A stretch of 63,673 nt of DNA, the filler included, from Octopus bimaculoides (lineage: Eukaryota): the NCBI RefSeq assembly GCF_001194135.2. It is 5 parts of 5 records of this genome, joined end to end, with 100 filler letters (N's around TTAATTAATTAA, not from the genome) between each part and the next. Parts side by side here need not be neighbours in the genome. Positions count along the whole stretch, not along the records: positions 43,585 to 59,781 come from NC_068998.1; positions 59,882 to 63,673 come from NW_026426070.1; 3 more parts are not named here. One strand, written 5' to 3'. The first letter of the stretch is position 1, and each line of letters opens with the position of its first letter. Positions 50,791 to 63,673 of the stretch are shown piece after piece. The translations under genes were made by a program, and so were the position numbers. The notes below the pieces were generated by a model, which did no database searches, was not told the origin of the DNA, and was given only the letters and a program-made list of their open reading frames with translations.

Positions 50791-51416
50791 TAATATATTA
50801 AATCAGTGTATCTTGGATTAAAAAAATATCCCTATAAGAGGTTTAAATAGCCACATTGTGACTATATATATATAGAGAGAGAGANNNNNNNNNNNNNNNN
50901 NNNNNNNNNNNNNNNNNNNNNNNNNNNNNNNNNNNNNNNNNNNNNNNNNNNNNNNNNNNNNNNNNNNNNNNNNNNNNNNNNNNNNNNNNNNNNNNNNNNN
51001 NNNNNNNNNNNNNNNNNNNNNNNNNNNNNNNNNNNNNNNNNNNNNNNNNNNNNNNNNNNNNNNNNNNNNNNNNNNNNNNNNNNNNNNNNNNNNNNNNNNN
51101 NNNNNNNNNNNNNNNNNNNNNNNNNNNNNNNNNNNNNNNNNNNNNGGGGAGGGGGGAGAGAGAGGGGAGACACTTATAGCATGCAAGTACGCACTTTTAG
51201 AGACAAAGCAGTTTACATACATGTATACTGCTTTGTCTCTATACATGTGTGCCTATACATACATGTATAGAGACACGTGTAGGCATATACGTATTTATAT
51301 ATACATATACATACAGAAATACACATACAATACACTGTAGACACATACATGCACACATATTTTTTCATGCATGTATTTATACACGCGAATACACGCATAC
51401 ATACATGCACACACAA

Positions 51417-51465
<49 letters not shown>

Positions 51466-51904
51466 CACGTACACACACACACACACACATTAGCCAGTCA
51501 TTAATTAATAGCTTAGTTACACCAACACCGCCAACAACTAGAACTTCAACACCAACATGGCCGCCACCACCACCACCACCACTACTATANNNNNNNNNNN
51601 NNNNNNNNNNNNNNNNNNNNNNNNNNNNNNNNNNNNNNNNNNNNNNNNNNNNNNNNNNNNNNNNNNNNNNNNNNNNNNNNNNNNNNNNNNNNNNNNNNNN
51701 NNNNNNNNNNNNNNNNNNNNNNNNNNNNNNNNNNNNNNNNNNNNNNNNNNNNNNNNNNNNNNNNNNNNNNNNNNNNNNNNNNNNNNNNNNNNNNNNNNNN
51801 NNNNNNNNNNNNNNNNNNNNNNNNNNNNNNNNNNNNNNNNNNNNNNNNNNNNNNNNNNAACCAGTGTGACTATGACGAGAGCAAACGAACATAACAACCA
51901 TTTA

Positions 51905-51988
51905 ACGATGACGGTGGTGAACGATGACGGTGGTGAACGATGACGGTGGTGAACGATGACGGTGGTGAACGATGACGGTGGTGAACGA
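51905..51988. repeat. 16-bp minisatellite (ACGATGACGGTGGTGA) x5
   Basis: Direct reading. Confidence 0.9.
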
Positions 51989-52771
51989 TTAGATATGCTT
52001 CGTCATCATCATTATCATCACCAGCATCATCATTATCACCAAAATCATCATCTCCCTCGTTATCATCGTCATCATCATCATCACCATCATCATTATCACC
52101 ATCATCATCATTATCACCAAAATCATCATCTTCATCGTTATCATCGTCATCATCGTCATCACCATCATCGTCATCATCATCATCATTATTATCATCATCA
52201 TTATCATCATCAGCAGCAGCAGTATCATTATCACCATCGTCGTCGTCGTCATCATCATCATCATCATCATCATCATCGTCATTGTTATCATTATCATGAT
52301 CAAGAACGACAACATCGTCACCGACGCGGTTGTTCTCCATTTCCTCCTAGTCCTCCTCCTCCTCATCATCATCATCATCATCACCATCACCATCATCATC
52401 ATCATCATCATCATCATCCTCATCATCATCATCATCATCGTCATCATCTCCCAACACTGCAACCATCACCGCCACCACCACCAACACCAGTTGCGTACTA
52501 GGGTCGATCTAATCGACTGGTCCCACCTTCCCCAAAACATTGCGGGCTTTGTACCTAGAGTAGAAAAGAGTACTTTTGCCAATACCACCAACATACTGCC
52601 ACCAATACCAACCACACCACCGAAGCCATCACGCCAGCCATCGATTGAACCAATCTCTGGTCGTTCGCCTTGCTAGATACAGCAGTCGAATTTCCCTCAA
52701 ATCAAGACCTGCCACCTTAAGAAAGAATACATGGTGGTGTTGATGGTAGTGGTGATGGGCCTGTTATTGTT

Positions 52772-52828
<57 letters not shown>

Positions 52829-53498
52829 GGTTACGCGCGTAGTATGATGGTGGTATCTGTGTGGTATGGCGAGGGAATGGCTGCGGTGATGGTGGCGTTG
52901 TTTGTGCTGGAGGTAACTTCCCTGGTTATAATTATACATGGTTCTTGTTCCACTGCACGTTGGAGAAAAAAAAAAGCCAAACGTCGTGATGGTCATGAGT
53001 GGAATGTCTTCGATCATAGAGCTACTAAACTGCAACCACGCCACCGAGCATACGTCACTGCAACAGCCTCGACCAACACACAACAACTAAAACCACCAGC
53101 ATCACCTCCTCATCATCATCATCATTATCATCATCGTCTTTTCCACCTTCTCCCCTTCTCCTCCTCCTCCTCCTCCTCCCCCTCCTCCTCCGCCTCTTCT
53201 CCCCCCTGCACCACCTCCTCCAATAGTTTTTTTTTATGCCACTTCAACATATTCTCCTTCATTCATTTAGTCTCCGTTTCATGATTTGCCCCGCGGGTAT
53301 CACGTCGAAAGTGTCACTGTTTAATGTGATGTAGTGAACGTACGAATGTGCGCGCGCGTGCGCGTGTGTATGCGTTTGTATGTGTTTGTATGCGCGTGCG
53401 CGTATATATTTGAGCATGGTGTGTTCTGACGTTACGTATGTGGCTATACAATTGTACTGTGTATCGTGTGATGTATTGTTATATATATATATACATAA

Positions 53499-53564
<66 letters not shown>

Positions 53565-53747
53565 ATAGCATGGCGACTGTGCGTAGTGTATGGTGAGCGA
53601 TGTGTATAGTATGGAATGTGGTTTGTAGTGTCTGCAGTGTTTTGGAGTGTTGGTGTGAGTGACGTGGGGCGTGTGTATTATGTAGGGGTATTGTGTTATG
53701 AGAGACAATCCACACACGTCAATACTGTGTGTGTGTGTGTGTGTGTA

Positions 53748-53791
<44 letters not shown>

Positions 53792-53971
53792 AGAAACCAA
53801 GAGGGGACAACTCTTCAGAAAAACTGACGTGGAGGATGTCAAAAAATATCTAAGCACATGTCAACATAGTACTGGTTCATATACATACACACACACACAC
53901 AAACACACACGCAGACACACACACATACACACGCATAGAAAACAAACGAACAAACAAACGCATGCATATTA

Positions 53972-54041
53972 GGTGCAGGGGTGGGTGAGTGGTAAAAAGC
54001 TTACTTCCCAACCACATGGTTCCGGGTTCAGTCCCACTGCG
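53972..54041 (+). repeat. Isolated SINE family B head
   Basis: GGTGCAGGGGTGGGTGAGTGGTAAAAAGCTTACTTCCCAACCACATGGTTCCGGGTTCAGTCCCACTGCGT. Confidence 0.75.
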
Positions 54042-54044
54042 TCG

Positions 54045-54580
54045 AGTTTACCGTTCATCTTTAGAGGGTTGATGAAAGACGTACAAACTTGGGCTTGCTC
54101 CTCTTTATAATCTATATAAAAGACCTTCCCAGCGTCGTAAATCACTGCAAAGTGAAAATATTTGCTGATGATGCTAAGCTCCAGCAAATCATCAATGAAG
54201 AAGAAGACCGAACCCAACTCCAGTCTGATCTATATGCTGTGAGTCAATGGGCAGATAAAAACAAAATGAAGCTGAACGAGGGAAAATCTGAGTTGATGNN
54301 NNNNNNNNAAAAACAAAATGAAGCTGAACGAGGGAAAATCTGAGTTGATGCATTTTGGAAGAAAGTCTATACTAAAACAGCCATACTCCCTTCCTTCAGG
54401 GGAACCGCTCACGGCATCCAACAATATCAGAGACCTAGGAGTAATTGTTTATAACAATCTCAGATGGAGTTCCCACATCGACAATAAGGTCGATATAGCT
54501 CGTAGGATGAGCTCCTGGATCTTAAGAACCTTCCGGTCCAGAGAACAAGGTGTCATCATTCCACTTTTCGCCTCCTTTGT
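54045..54580 (+). mobile_element. CR1-group LINE RT fragment
   Basis: LLFIIYIKDLP...IFADDAKL...LQSDL..V..WA..NKMKLNEGKSELMHFG...RDLGVI; a 41-bp duplication flanks the 10-N gap. Confidence 0.85.
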
Positions 54581-54774
54581 ACGGTGGTGGTGGTGGTGGT
54601 CGTCGTCGTCGTGGCCGTTGTTCTCGTCGTCGTCATAGAGACAGCCGTTATGGAGTGCAGTTGGTAGTCTTGGTAGCACTGACAAAGTAGTAGTAGTAGT
54701 AGTAGTAGTATAGTTTGGAGGTGGTGTCTTTGCTGGGGTGATATTGTCATCGTTGTAGTAGTAGTAGTAGTAGC

Positions 54775-54833
<59 letters not shown>

Positions 54834-56201
54834 CAGTGGGGGTGATATCAGAGATGGTGGACTTAGCGAAAACAGTAGCAACATTAGTAGTAACAGTCGT
54901 AGTAGAAGTAGTTGTAGTAGTGGTGGAATTGGTGGTGGTGGTGGTGGTGGCGGAGGTAGTAGTAGCACTGGACAAGGTGAACATGGTTCAGGAAGTAGTA
55001 GAATCGGTTACTGATGGTAGCAAAAGAGAGTTGAGCCTACAGTGATCGTCATGAACTCAAAAGTTGGTTTGAACAGTGTAATGGCTGTAATAGAAGGTGG
55101 TGGTCGTGGCGGCGGTGGCAGCGGCGGCTGCGGTGGCGGCGGTGGTGGTGGTGGTGGAGGTGTTAGTGGAATAATGTGTCGGCTGATAGATGAGTTTGTT
55201 ACTGACAATTGACGATGTACTCCTGAAGGCTAAAAAATTATTAGAAACTCGTTTTNNNNNNNNNNNNNNNNNNNNNNNNNNNNNNNNNNNNNNNNNNNNN
55301 NNNNNNNNNNNNNNNNNNNNNNNNNNNNNNNNNNNNNNNNNNNNNNNNNNNNNNNNNNNNNNNNNNNNNNNNNNNNNNNNNNNNNNNNNNNNNNNNNNNN
55401 NNNNNNNNNNNNNNNNNNNNNNNNNNNNNNNNNNNNNNNNNNNNNNNNNNNNNNNNNNNNNNNNNNNNNNNNNNNNNNNNNNNNNNNNNNNNNNNNNNNN
55501 NNNNNNNNNNNNNNNNNNNNNNNNNNNNNNNNNNNNNNNNNNNNNNNNNNNNNNNNNNNNNNNNNNNNNNNNNNNNNNNNNNNNNNNNNNNNNNNNNNNN
55601 NNNNNNNNNNNNNNNNNNNNNNNNNNNNNNNNNNNNNNNNNNNNNNNNNNNNNNNNNNNNNNNNNNNNNNNNNNNNNNNNNNNNNNNNNNNNNNNNNNNN
55701 NNNNNNNNNNNNNNNNNNNNNNNNNNNNNNNNNNNNNNNNNNNNNNNNNNNNNNNNNNNNNNNNNNNNNNNNNNNNNNNNNNNNNNNNNNNNNNNNNNNN
55801 NNNNNNNNNNNNNNNNNNNNNNNNNNNNNNNNNNNNNNNNNNNNNNNNNNNNNNNNNNNNNNNNNNNNNNNNNNNNNNNNNNNNNNNNNNNNNNNNNNNN
55901 NNNNNNNNNNNNNNNNNNNNNNNNNNNNNNNNNNNNNNNNNNNNNNNNNNNNNNNNNNNNNNNNNNNNNNNNNNNNNNNNNNNNNNNNNNNNNNNNNNNN
56001 NNNNNNNNNNNNNNNNNNNNNNNNNNNNNNNNNNNNNNNNNNNNNNNNNNNNNNNNNNNNNNNNNNNNNNNNNNNNNNNNNNNNNNNNNNNNNNNNNNNN
56101 NNNNNNNNNNNNNNNNNNNNNNNNNNNNNNNNNNNNNNNNNNNNNNNNNNNNNNNNNNNNNNNNNNNNNNNNNNNNNNNNNNNNNNNNNNNNNNNNNNNN
56201 N

Positions 56202-56224
<23 letters not shown>

Positions 56225-56232
<8 letters not shown>

Positions 56233-56552
56233 CTTTTACTTGTTTCAGTCATTTGACTGCGGTCATGCTGGAGCACCGCCTTTAGCCGAATAAATCGAAT
56301 TCAGGACTTATTCTTTGTAAGCCTAGTACTTATTCTATCCGTCCCTTTTTGCCGAACCGCTAAGTGACGGGGACGTAAACACACCGACATCGGTTGTCAA
56401 GCGATGGTGGGCGGGACATATACAGACACAAACAACAAACACATACATACATATATATATATATATACACATACTACGGGCTTCTTTCAGTTTCTGTCAA
56501 CCAAATCCACTTACAAGCCTTGGTCGGCCCGAGGCTATAGTAGAAGACACTT
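56225..56552 (-). repeat. SINE family B lacking its head
   Basis: Reverse complement match to 27548-27950. Confidence 0.85.
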
Positions 56553-56755
56553 AAGATTGTAAGGTCTTGGTTTCGATTCCTTGTCCACGCGTCTCCATGT
56601 ATTCTTGAATAAAATACTTCAGTTCCTCCACTACTACTTTCAGGCCCCTTCTTTCAATATTATACTCCCTTTTCAGCACCCTGTATTTTTGTTCGCTTTT
56701 AATCTCCTCTTTCTCTTTTCGGTCTAACACAGAGGTTTTCTTCGAGAGCATTTCT
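56553..56755 (-). mobile_element. R4/Dong-clade internal fragment
   Basis: YRVLKREYNIERRGLKVVVEELK resembles the L..KY.I...GL..V.EELKQ motif upstream of the RT in R4/Dong ORFs (recalled). Confidence 0.55.
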
Positions 56756-56759
56756 CATC

Positions 56760-57627
56760 ATGAACATCATGAACATCATCATCATCATTATTATTATTAT
56801 TATTGGTGGTGGTGGTGGTGGTGGTNNNNNNNNNNNNNNNNNNNNNNNNNNNNNNNNNNNNNNNNNNNNNNNNNNNNNNNNNNNNNNNNNNNNNNNNNNN
56901 NNNNNNNNNNNNNNNNNNNNNNNNNNNNNNNNNNNNNNNNNNNNNNNNNNNNNNNNNNNNNNNNNNNNNNNNNNNNNNNNNNNNNNNNNNNNNNNNNNNN
57001 NNNNNNNNNNNNNNNNNNNNNNNNNNNNNNNNNNNNNNNNNNNNNNNNNNNNNNNNNNNGTGGTGGAGGTGGTGGTGGTGGTGTCTAAATGCTGTAAGTC
57101 TTGTTGTAAATCAATACATTTGTACCAAATGCTGAATCACAATCAACGTTTCGACAGAGACGACAACGATAACAACAGCAACAACAACACCAACAAAAAC
57201 AACAACATCATCATAGGAAATAACAAGAACAAAAACAGCAACAATGATTACAAAGTTAAGAAAAACAAGCCAAGGTAAGCTAGCAAACAAACGAAACAAA
57301 ACAAAACAAAACAACGGCTGCTTCAAAAACATAATTAATTACGTTTTCGTGACCTTCATCATTGTCTCCTCATCACCATCATCATCGTCATCATCACAGT
57401 CGTTGTCGGTATTATTACAAACGTTCGAAACCATCGCTCGCACGATCACCGTTATCGTCAATGTAAGTGTCAACATCACCGCCCCCCTTTTCCTCCTCCT
57501 ACCACCGCTCCTTCTTCTTCCGACTCTTCCGTCTCCCTCCGCCTCCTTTACTTCTTCCTCCTCGACGGCTCCATCCTCCGCAACAACAACATCATCATCA
57601 GCAGCAGCAGCAGCATCCCCATCATCG

Positions 57628-57666
<39 letters not shown>

Positions 57667-58435
57667 CCATCATCATCCCCATCATCGTCAACATCATCAT
57701 CATCATCCTCAGCATCATATACTTATATGTATACTTATAATTATATATACGAATGGGTGAAATTGTTTCCGCTTCTCAGAACATATGTTTCAGAGTTATG
57801 CTTTAATAAGAAGTGAGATGGTATAGCCATGGTTGCTAAGTTAGCACCCACGTAGTCAAATTCCTATGTAGTCATGACAGAAACGAGTGTAGTACCAAAA
57901 ACCCTAAGCATACGGTGACATATTCAACGTACTGGGTACAGGGTAAGAAGACAACAGATTAAAGGAGTACATGGACACATAACTCTGTACTTTATTCAAC
58001 ATTGAAAATCGTTGAGATAAAACTTGAAGCAAAATAATTCCTTATTTATAGCATGGAGTAAACATCTTAGTCATTGAAAAACATGGAAAGACTTATGAAA
58101 GGACTTATGATGACAAATGATAAATGTTTAGCTTGTATCGCTTACCAAGCAAGAACACTTCCGTTATTTGTTAATTTTTAGCCATAAACGTTTAAGTACG
58201 CCGACGACAAGAGGAACAGTAAAATTATAAAAGACATTAAGAAGAACAATAGCAACAATGACATTAACAATAATGATATTAATAATGACAATAACAACAA
58301 CAGCGACGACAACAAACGCAATTATAACAACCGCAATTATAGAAACAGTAACAATAACAGTAACAAAAACGAAGATTACAATTGTGATAAATACCAAAAT
58401 AATCGACAAAACAACAACAGTGACAATAACAAAAC

Positions 58436-58510
<75 letters not shown>

Positions 58511-59154
58511 CATGGACGTCATTAATAGGCATAACAACGACGACGACGACGTTAATAACAACAACAGTAACAACACCAACAAGAGGGAATTATTCGACAA
58601 GACTATTAAGAAAACAAGCAAGTCTAATAGGTTGGAGTCTTTTATTGTTGGTTTCGTGACTTGGGTTTGGTATGGAGGAATGAAGGTGGGGTGGGGGTAC
58701 TGTTGGCGATGGTGATGGTGGTATGATGACGTTGGTGGTGATGGGATTGGTGCTGAGGCTTGTTTTTGTTGTTTTGGTGGTGGTGGTGGTGGTGGTGGTG
58801 CTGCTGCTGCTGCCGCCGCTGCTGTTGCTGCTCGTGCTGATGGTGGGGAAATTGGTGGTGATGGTGATGGTGTTGGCGGTGATGGTGCTGGTGGTGTTCG
58901 TCGTGCCGGCGGTGGCGTTGGTCGTGATGGTGGTGGAGTTGTGGGACGTGGTGGTGGTGGTGGTGGTGGTGGAGCTCGATTTGTTAATTGGTTTCCTGTT
59001 GGTAGTGATATGTCGGAATGGTAAGCATGTCCTCATTGATGGTATTCTGCCGACATTGCAAGTTTGGTAGGGTCTGCTTTAGGGGTTTTTGTTGCCAAAT
59101 AACGCGGTTGAGGATGATAATGGTGATGGTGCTGCAGCTGATGATGATGATGAA

Positions 59155-59192
<38 letters not shown>

Positions 59193-59740
59193 CGATGATG
59201 ATGATGACGATGACGAGGATGATGATGGCGATGATGATGATGGCGATGATGATGATGATGATGGCGATGATGATGATGACGATGATGATGATGATGATGA
59301 TGATGATGACGAGAATGATGATGATGATGACAAGGATGATGATGGCGTGATGATGATGGCGATGATGATGAAGGTGATGATGATGAGGAGTAGGGGGGAA
59401 TGATGCTGCTGAAGATGATGATTATGACGATGATGTTGATGTTTACAATAATGATGATGAGAAGTAAGATGAATGACAAGGAAAATGACAATGAGGATGA
59501 CGCTGATGGTGATGATGATGATGATGAGGAGGAGGAGGAGGAGGAGGAGGAGGAGGAGGCTGCGAAGGAGGAGAAGCAGAAAGGGAGAAAATAAGAGGAG
59601 GGAGAGGATGACGATGAGAAGGAGGAGGATGATCATGACAATCATGATCATGATCATGTCAATGATGAGGGTGAGTCGTGCTAAAAGTATTAGTATTATT
59701 AGCAACATCAGAACGTACAGCAGCAGCATCAGTAGCATGC

Positions 59741-59781
<41 letters not shown>
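56760..59781. repeat. Mosaic trinucleotide low-complexity tract (CAT/GAT/GGT/AAT/TAG)
   Basis: The poly-H/S/D/M/I ORFs in all frames are by-products of the repeats; similar tracts lie at 51990-52480 and 54590-55160. Confidence 0.85.
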
Positions 59782-59881
59782 NNNNNNNNNNNNNNNNNNN
59801 NNNNNNNNNNNNNNNNNNNNNNNNNTTAATTAATTAANNNNNNNNNNNNNNNNNNNNNNNNNNNNNNNNNNNNNNNNNNNN
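59782..59881. other. Artificial scaffold join
   Basis: N44-TTAATTAATTAA-N44. Confidence 0.9.
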
Positions 59882-59887
59882 TGTAAA

Positions 59888-59923
<36 letters not shown>

Positions 59924-60092
59924 TTGCATGTATGCACTTCTGCTTGCTTATGTGAGTGTGTGTATGTGTGTATGTGTGTATGTGTGTATGCGTGTGTATG
60001 CATGCATATGTGTCTACGCGCGTTTTATCAATATTTGCAAGCAGATGAGTGTATGTACATGTATAACTACTCACACACACACATATACAAAC

Positions 60093-60127
<35 letters not shown>

Positions 60128-60319
60128 CACACACATACAAACACACACACACACAAACACATGCACACACACTGAGACATACACACCGACACATGCACAC
60201 GCACACACACAGACATTTAAATACACACACACACATACAAAAACACACACTCAAACACACACACAAACACACACACAAACATACATGCACACGCACACAC
60301 ATAGACACTTAAGACGTTA

Positions 60320-61002
60320 ATAACGTTATTTTGATGTCCTGTACCCATATATGCATGTATATATACATATATATGTAGGTATGTACATATATGTATGAAT
60401 ATATGCATATATATTATTATTATTATTATTATTATATGATCGAACGCCACGCATCCTTTTCCAAGTAAGTTTTATCTTAATAATTACGATGCGCACTCTT
60501 CTACTATCTCTTCCCTGTCTATCTCTCTCCCTCTCTTGTTCTTCATCCTTTCTGTTTTTCTCTCCCACCCTTTCACTATTCTTCTCTCCCTTTCACCGTT
60601 CCCTCTCTCTCTGACTCTTCCTCCTTGACTCTCTCGTCACTGACACGTGACGAAATGGGATCTTTCTTTCTGTCCACTGCCTTCCTAAAGAAAAGACGTG
60701 CCTTTTTCTTTCTCTTCTCTCATGGCTCATCTACCTAGAGTTCATAATAATTTTTCTATCGTCTTGGCTCAACAGCCCTCACCGTTTGTTTTTACTGTCT
60801 TGTTCTTGATAACACTTTCACTTTCCGCAAAAAATCTCAAATTTTATTTAATTTCCTTTGCGGGAAGGACTGCTCCAACGAAGTCGGTATTGTCCTTGCC
60901 TTCGAAACGCGGAGTAGATGAAACAGGGACAACTGACGAAGGGATATACTCTTTATGTTGCATGTCTCGTTTCTCTGTTTTTTTCGTTGTTCAAAAAAAA
61001 GT
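60320..61002 (+). mobile_element. Permuted-hammerhead element: tail of one unit followed by the head and body of the next
   Basis: Tail motif GATGTCCTGTACCCATATATGCATG at 60333 precedes head motif ATGATCGAACGCC at 60436; the body aligns with 42881-43400. Confidence 0.7.
60885..60945 (+). ncRNA. Second candidate non-circularly permuted hammerhead
   Basis: GUA cleavage after 60889; 9-bp stem I TTGTCCTTG(60890-98)/CAGGGACAA(60924-32); GAAA 60904-07; CUGACGA 60933-39; stem III only 2 bp in this copy. Confidence 0.6.
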
Positions 61003-61544
61003 NNNNNNNNNNNNNNNNNNNNNNNNNNNNNNNNNNNNNNNNNNNNNNNNNNNNNNNNNNNNNNNNNNNNNNNNNNNNNNNNNNNNNNNNNNNNNNNNNN
61101 NNNNNNNNNNNNNNNNNNNNNNNNNNNNNNNNNNNNNNNNNNNNNNNNNNNNNNNNNNNNNNNNNNNNNNNNNNNNNNNNNNNNNNNNNNNNNNNNNNNN
61201 NNNNNNNNNNNNNNNNNNNNNNNNNNNNNNNNNNNNNNNNNNNNNNNNNNNNNNNNNNNNNNNNNNNNNNNNNNNNNNNNNNNNNNNNNNNNNNNNNNNN
61301 NNNNNNNNNNNNNNNNNNNNNNNNNNNNNNNNNNNNNNNNNNNNNNNNNNNNNNNNNNNNNNNNNNNNNNNNNNNNNNTATATATATATATATATATATA
61401 TATACACAAACACACATACAGACAGATACGTATACTTGTACGCAGAGAGACAGACATTTATACATACATTGATGTAGTTATCCATCTGTCTCTATATCTC
61501 TCTGTACATCTGTGTGTGTATGTGTGTGCGCGTGTGTGTTTGTG

Positions 61545-61578
<34 letters not shown>

Positions 61579-61763
61579 CGCGTGCGTGCGTGCGTGCGTG
61601 CCACTCCCTCTGTCGCGAAATTAGGACACCGAAAGTAACTCAACACATCCTGCAAAAACCATAACATGAATAAATAAATAAATAAATAAATAAAAAGAAA
61701 TAAATAAAATTAAAAAAGTACAAAATTCACCCAGGAAAGCAACACCAACGATTGTAACGACAG

Positions 61764-62089
61764 CCTCTACATGCTTATCAATTCTGCTAGAAATAGCAGC
61801 CAAATCTCCCTCAAATCACACCCTACTCTCTTATCTATGGATATATATGTATGTATGAGCCAATGAGGGAGACCTCTACGTGGTAGCTAGACCTGGTAGA
61901 AATAGCAGCCAAATCTCCCTCAAATCACACCCTACTCTCTCATCTATGGATATATGTATGAGCCAATGAGGGAGACCTCTACATGGTAGCTAGACCTGCT
62001 AGAAATAGCAGCCAAATCTCCCTCAAATCACACCCTACTCTCTTATATGTGTATATATGTATGTATGAGCCAATGAGGGAGGCCTCTAC
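61764..62089 (+). repeat. ~103-109-bp tandem array (at least 3 units, runs into a gap) built from a dispersed-repeat arm
   Basis: TAGAAATAGCAGCC starts at 61788, 61897 and 62000. Confidence 0.9.
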
Positions 62090-62992
62090 NNNNNNNNNNN
62101 NNNNNNNNNNNNNNNNNNNNNNNNNNNNNNNNNNNNNNNNNNNNNNNNNNNNNNNNNNNNNNNNNNNNNNNNNNNNNNNNNNNNNNNNNNNNNNNNNNNN
62201 NNNNNNNNNNNNNNNNNNNNNNNNNNNNNNNNNNNNNNNNNNNNNNNNNNNNNNNNNNNNNNNNNNNNNNNNNNNNNNNNNNNNNNNNNNNNNNNNNNNN
62301 NNNNNNNNNNNNNNNNNNNNNNNNNNNNNNNNNNNNNNNNNNNNNNNNNNNNNNNNNNNNNNNNNNNNNNNNNNNNNNNNNNNNNNNNNNNNNNNNNNNN
62401 NNNNNNNNNNNNNNNNNNNNNNNNNNNNNNNNNNNNNNNNNNNNNNNNNNNNNNNNNNNNNNNNNNNNNNNNNNNNNNNNNNNNNNNNNNNNNNNNNNNN
62501 NNNNNNNNNNNNNNNNNNNNNNNNNNNNNNNNNNNNNNNNNNNNNNNNNNNNNNNNNNNNNNNNNNNNNNNNNNNNNNNNNNNNNNNNNNNNNNNNNNNN
62601 NNNNNNNNNNNNNNNNNNNNNNNNNNNNNNNNNNNNNNNNNNNNNNNNNNNNNNNNNNNNNNNNNNNNNNNNNNNNNNNNNNNNNNNNNNNNNNNNNNNN
62701 NNNNNNNNNNNNNNNNNNNNNNNNNNNNNNNNNNNNNNNNNNNNNNNNNNNNNNNNNNNNNNNNNNNNNNNNNNNNNNNNNNNNNNNNNNNNNNNNNNNN
62801 NNNNNNNNNNNNNNNNNNNNNNNNNNNNNNNNNNNNNNNNNNNNNNNNNNNNNNNNNNNNNNNNNNNNNNNNNNNNNNNNNNNNNNNNNNNNNNNNNNNN
62901 NNNNNNNNNNNNNNNNNNNNNNNNNNNNNNNNNNNNNNNNNNNNNNNNNNNNNNNNNNNNNNNATTTTAAAACAGCAGAAATATAACAAAAG

Positions 62993-63032
62993 ACTGTTAT
63001 TCGGAGTTTCACGTTCCCGTTCATCGGACAGT
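62993..63032 (-). ncRNA. Compact type I hammerhead variant (U4C, C-A mismatch in stem III)
   Basis: ACTGT-CCGATGA-ACG GGAA CGT-GAAA-CTCCGAA-TA(cut)-ACAGT; its 5' half is inverted-duplicated as a perfect 17-bp hairpin 63018-63034/63041-63057. Confidence 0.5.
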
Positions 63033-63074
63033 TTCTAACAAAACTGTCCGATGAACGCGACGATACAAACTTTT

Positions 63075-63673
63075 GTATCGCAGACGATACAAAAGTCTCG
63101 CAGAAAATACAGAACCGCAGCGATGTTGCACACCTGCAGCAGGTGTTGGACTCAATTTAGAGATGGGCTGAGGATAATAATATGCAGTTTAATGCTGGGG
63201 AATTCCAAACCCTGCGCTACCAGCGCCCAACACTGAAGATAAAACTTACAGGGTACACTGACCCACAGGGGATGACAATCTCAGAGCCTAAATCAGTGCG
63301 GGACCTGGGTATCGACATGAGTGCACATTATCAGGGTGGCGACAAAGTGCAGACGACTGGCTGCATAGATCCTGAGAACCTTCAGAACCAGTGAGAAAGA
63401 AATCCTGATGGTCCTATGGAGGATATTCGTCCTCAGCCGCCTGGATTACTGCTCCAAACTATAGTCACCTCACAGGGTAAAATTAACAGCAGATCATGAA
63501 GCAATCCAGCGAAGCTTCACAAAGAAGATCGTCTCGTTGCAACAGTTCACCTACTGGGAAAGGCTGAAACAGCTAAGACTCTACTGCCTGGAGCTACAAC
63601 AAGGCCAGAACTGGTCGACACTACACAGTGCCAAAGATCCCAGCAATGCCATCGCACTTCAGGACCAGTTACT
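63075..63673 (+). mobile_element. CR1-group LINE, decayed RT C-terminal half
   Basis: ADDTKVSQKI...WAEDNNMQFNAGEF..LRY...VRDLGI...RLDYCS...QRSFTKKI...YWERLKQLRLY; several stops. Confidence 0.85.

Noticed and set aside
54258-54349. 41-bp direct duplication within the CR1 RT fragment
   Set aside because: Flanks a 10-N gap; assembly artefact.
51870-59738. Many long ORFs rich in H, D, S, M, I, V or L
   Set aside because: Translations of trinucleotide microsatellites, open in several frames and on both strands.

Overview
Repeat-saturated, microsatellite-rich animal DNA with many assembly gaps. The SINE families and the (TA)n/(CA)n/(CAT)n load suggest a cephalopod, probably Octopus (inference from recalled repeat families). 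No complete host gene is visible, only a few weak candidate exons, one of them resembling the entry to a tyrosine-kinase domain. Transposon remnants include Penelope-like GIY-YIG fragments, Tx1/L1, R4/Dong, CR1-type LINEs, mariner DD34D, maT DD37D, Tc1, several MITEs/foldbacks and many tRNA-derived SINEs. The most notable signal is RNA-level: several distinct hammerhead ribozyme (HHR) families. One is an intact minimal type-I HHR with a palindromic stem III at 12602-12673, and three loci carry inverted HHR arms. A dispersed ~0.7-kb non-coding element (four copies: 33.3, 43.3, 49.3, 60.9 kb) carries the three hammerhead strands in a non-circularly permuted order: cleavage strand, then GAAA strand, then CUGANGA strand. 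Stem I differs in sequence between the 49.3 and 60.9 kb copies but pairs in both. All folding was done by eye and no activity is demonstrated. Four 100-bp N44-TTAATTAATTAA-N44 blocks are artificial scaffold joins.
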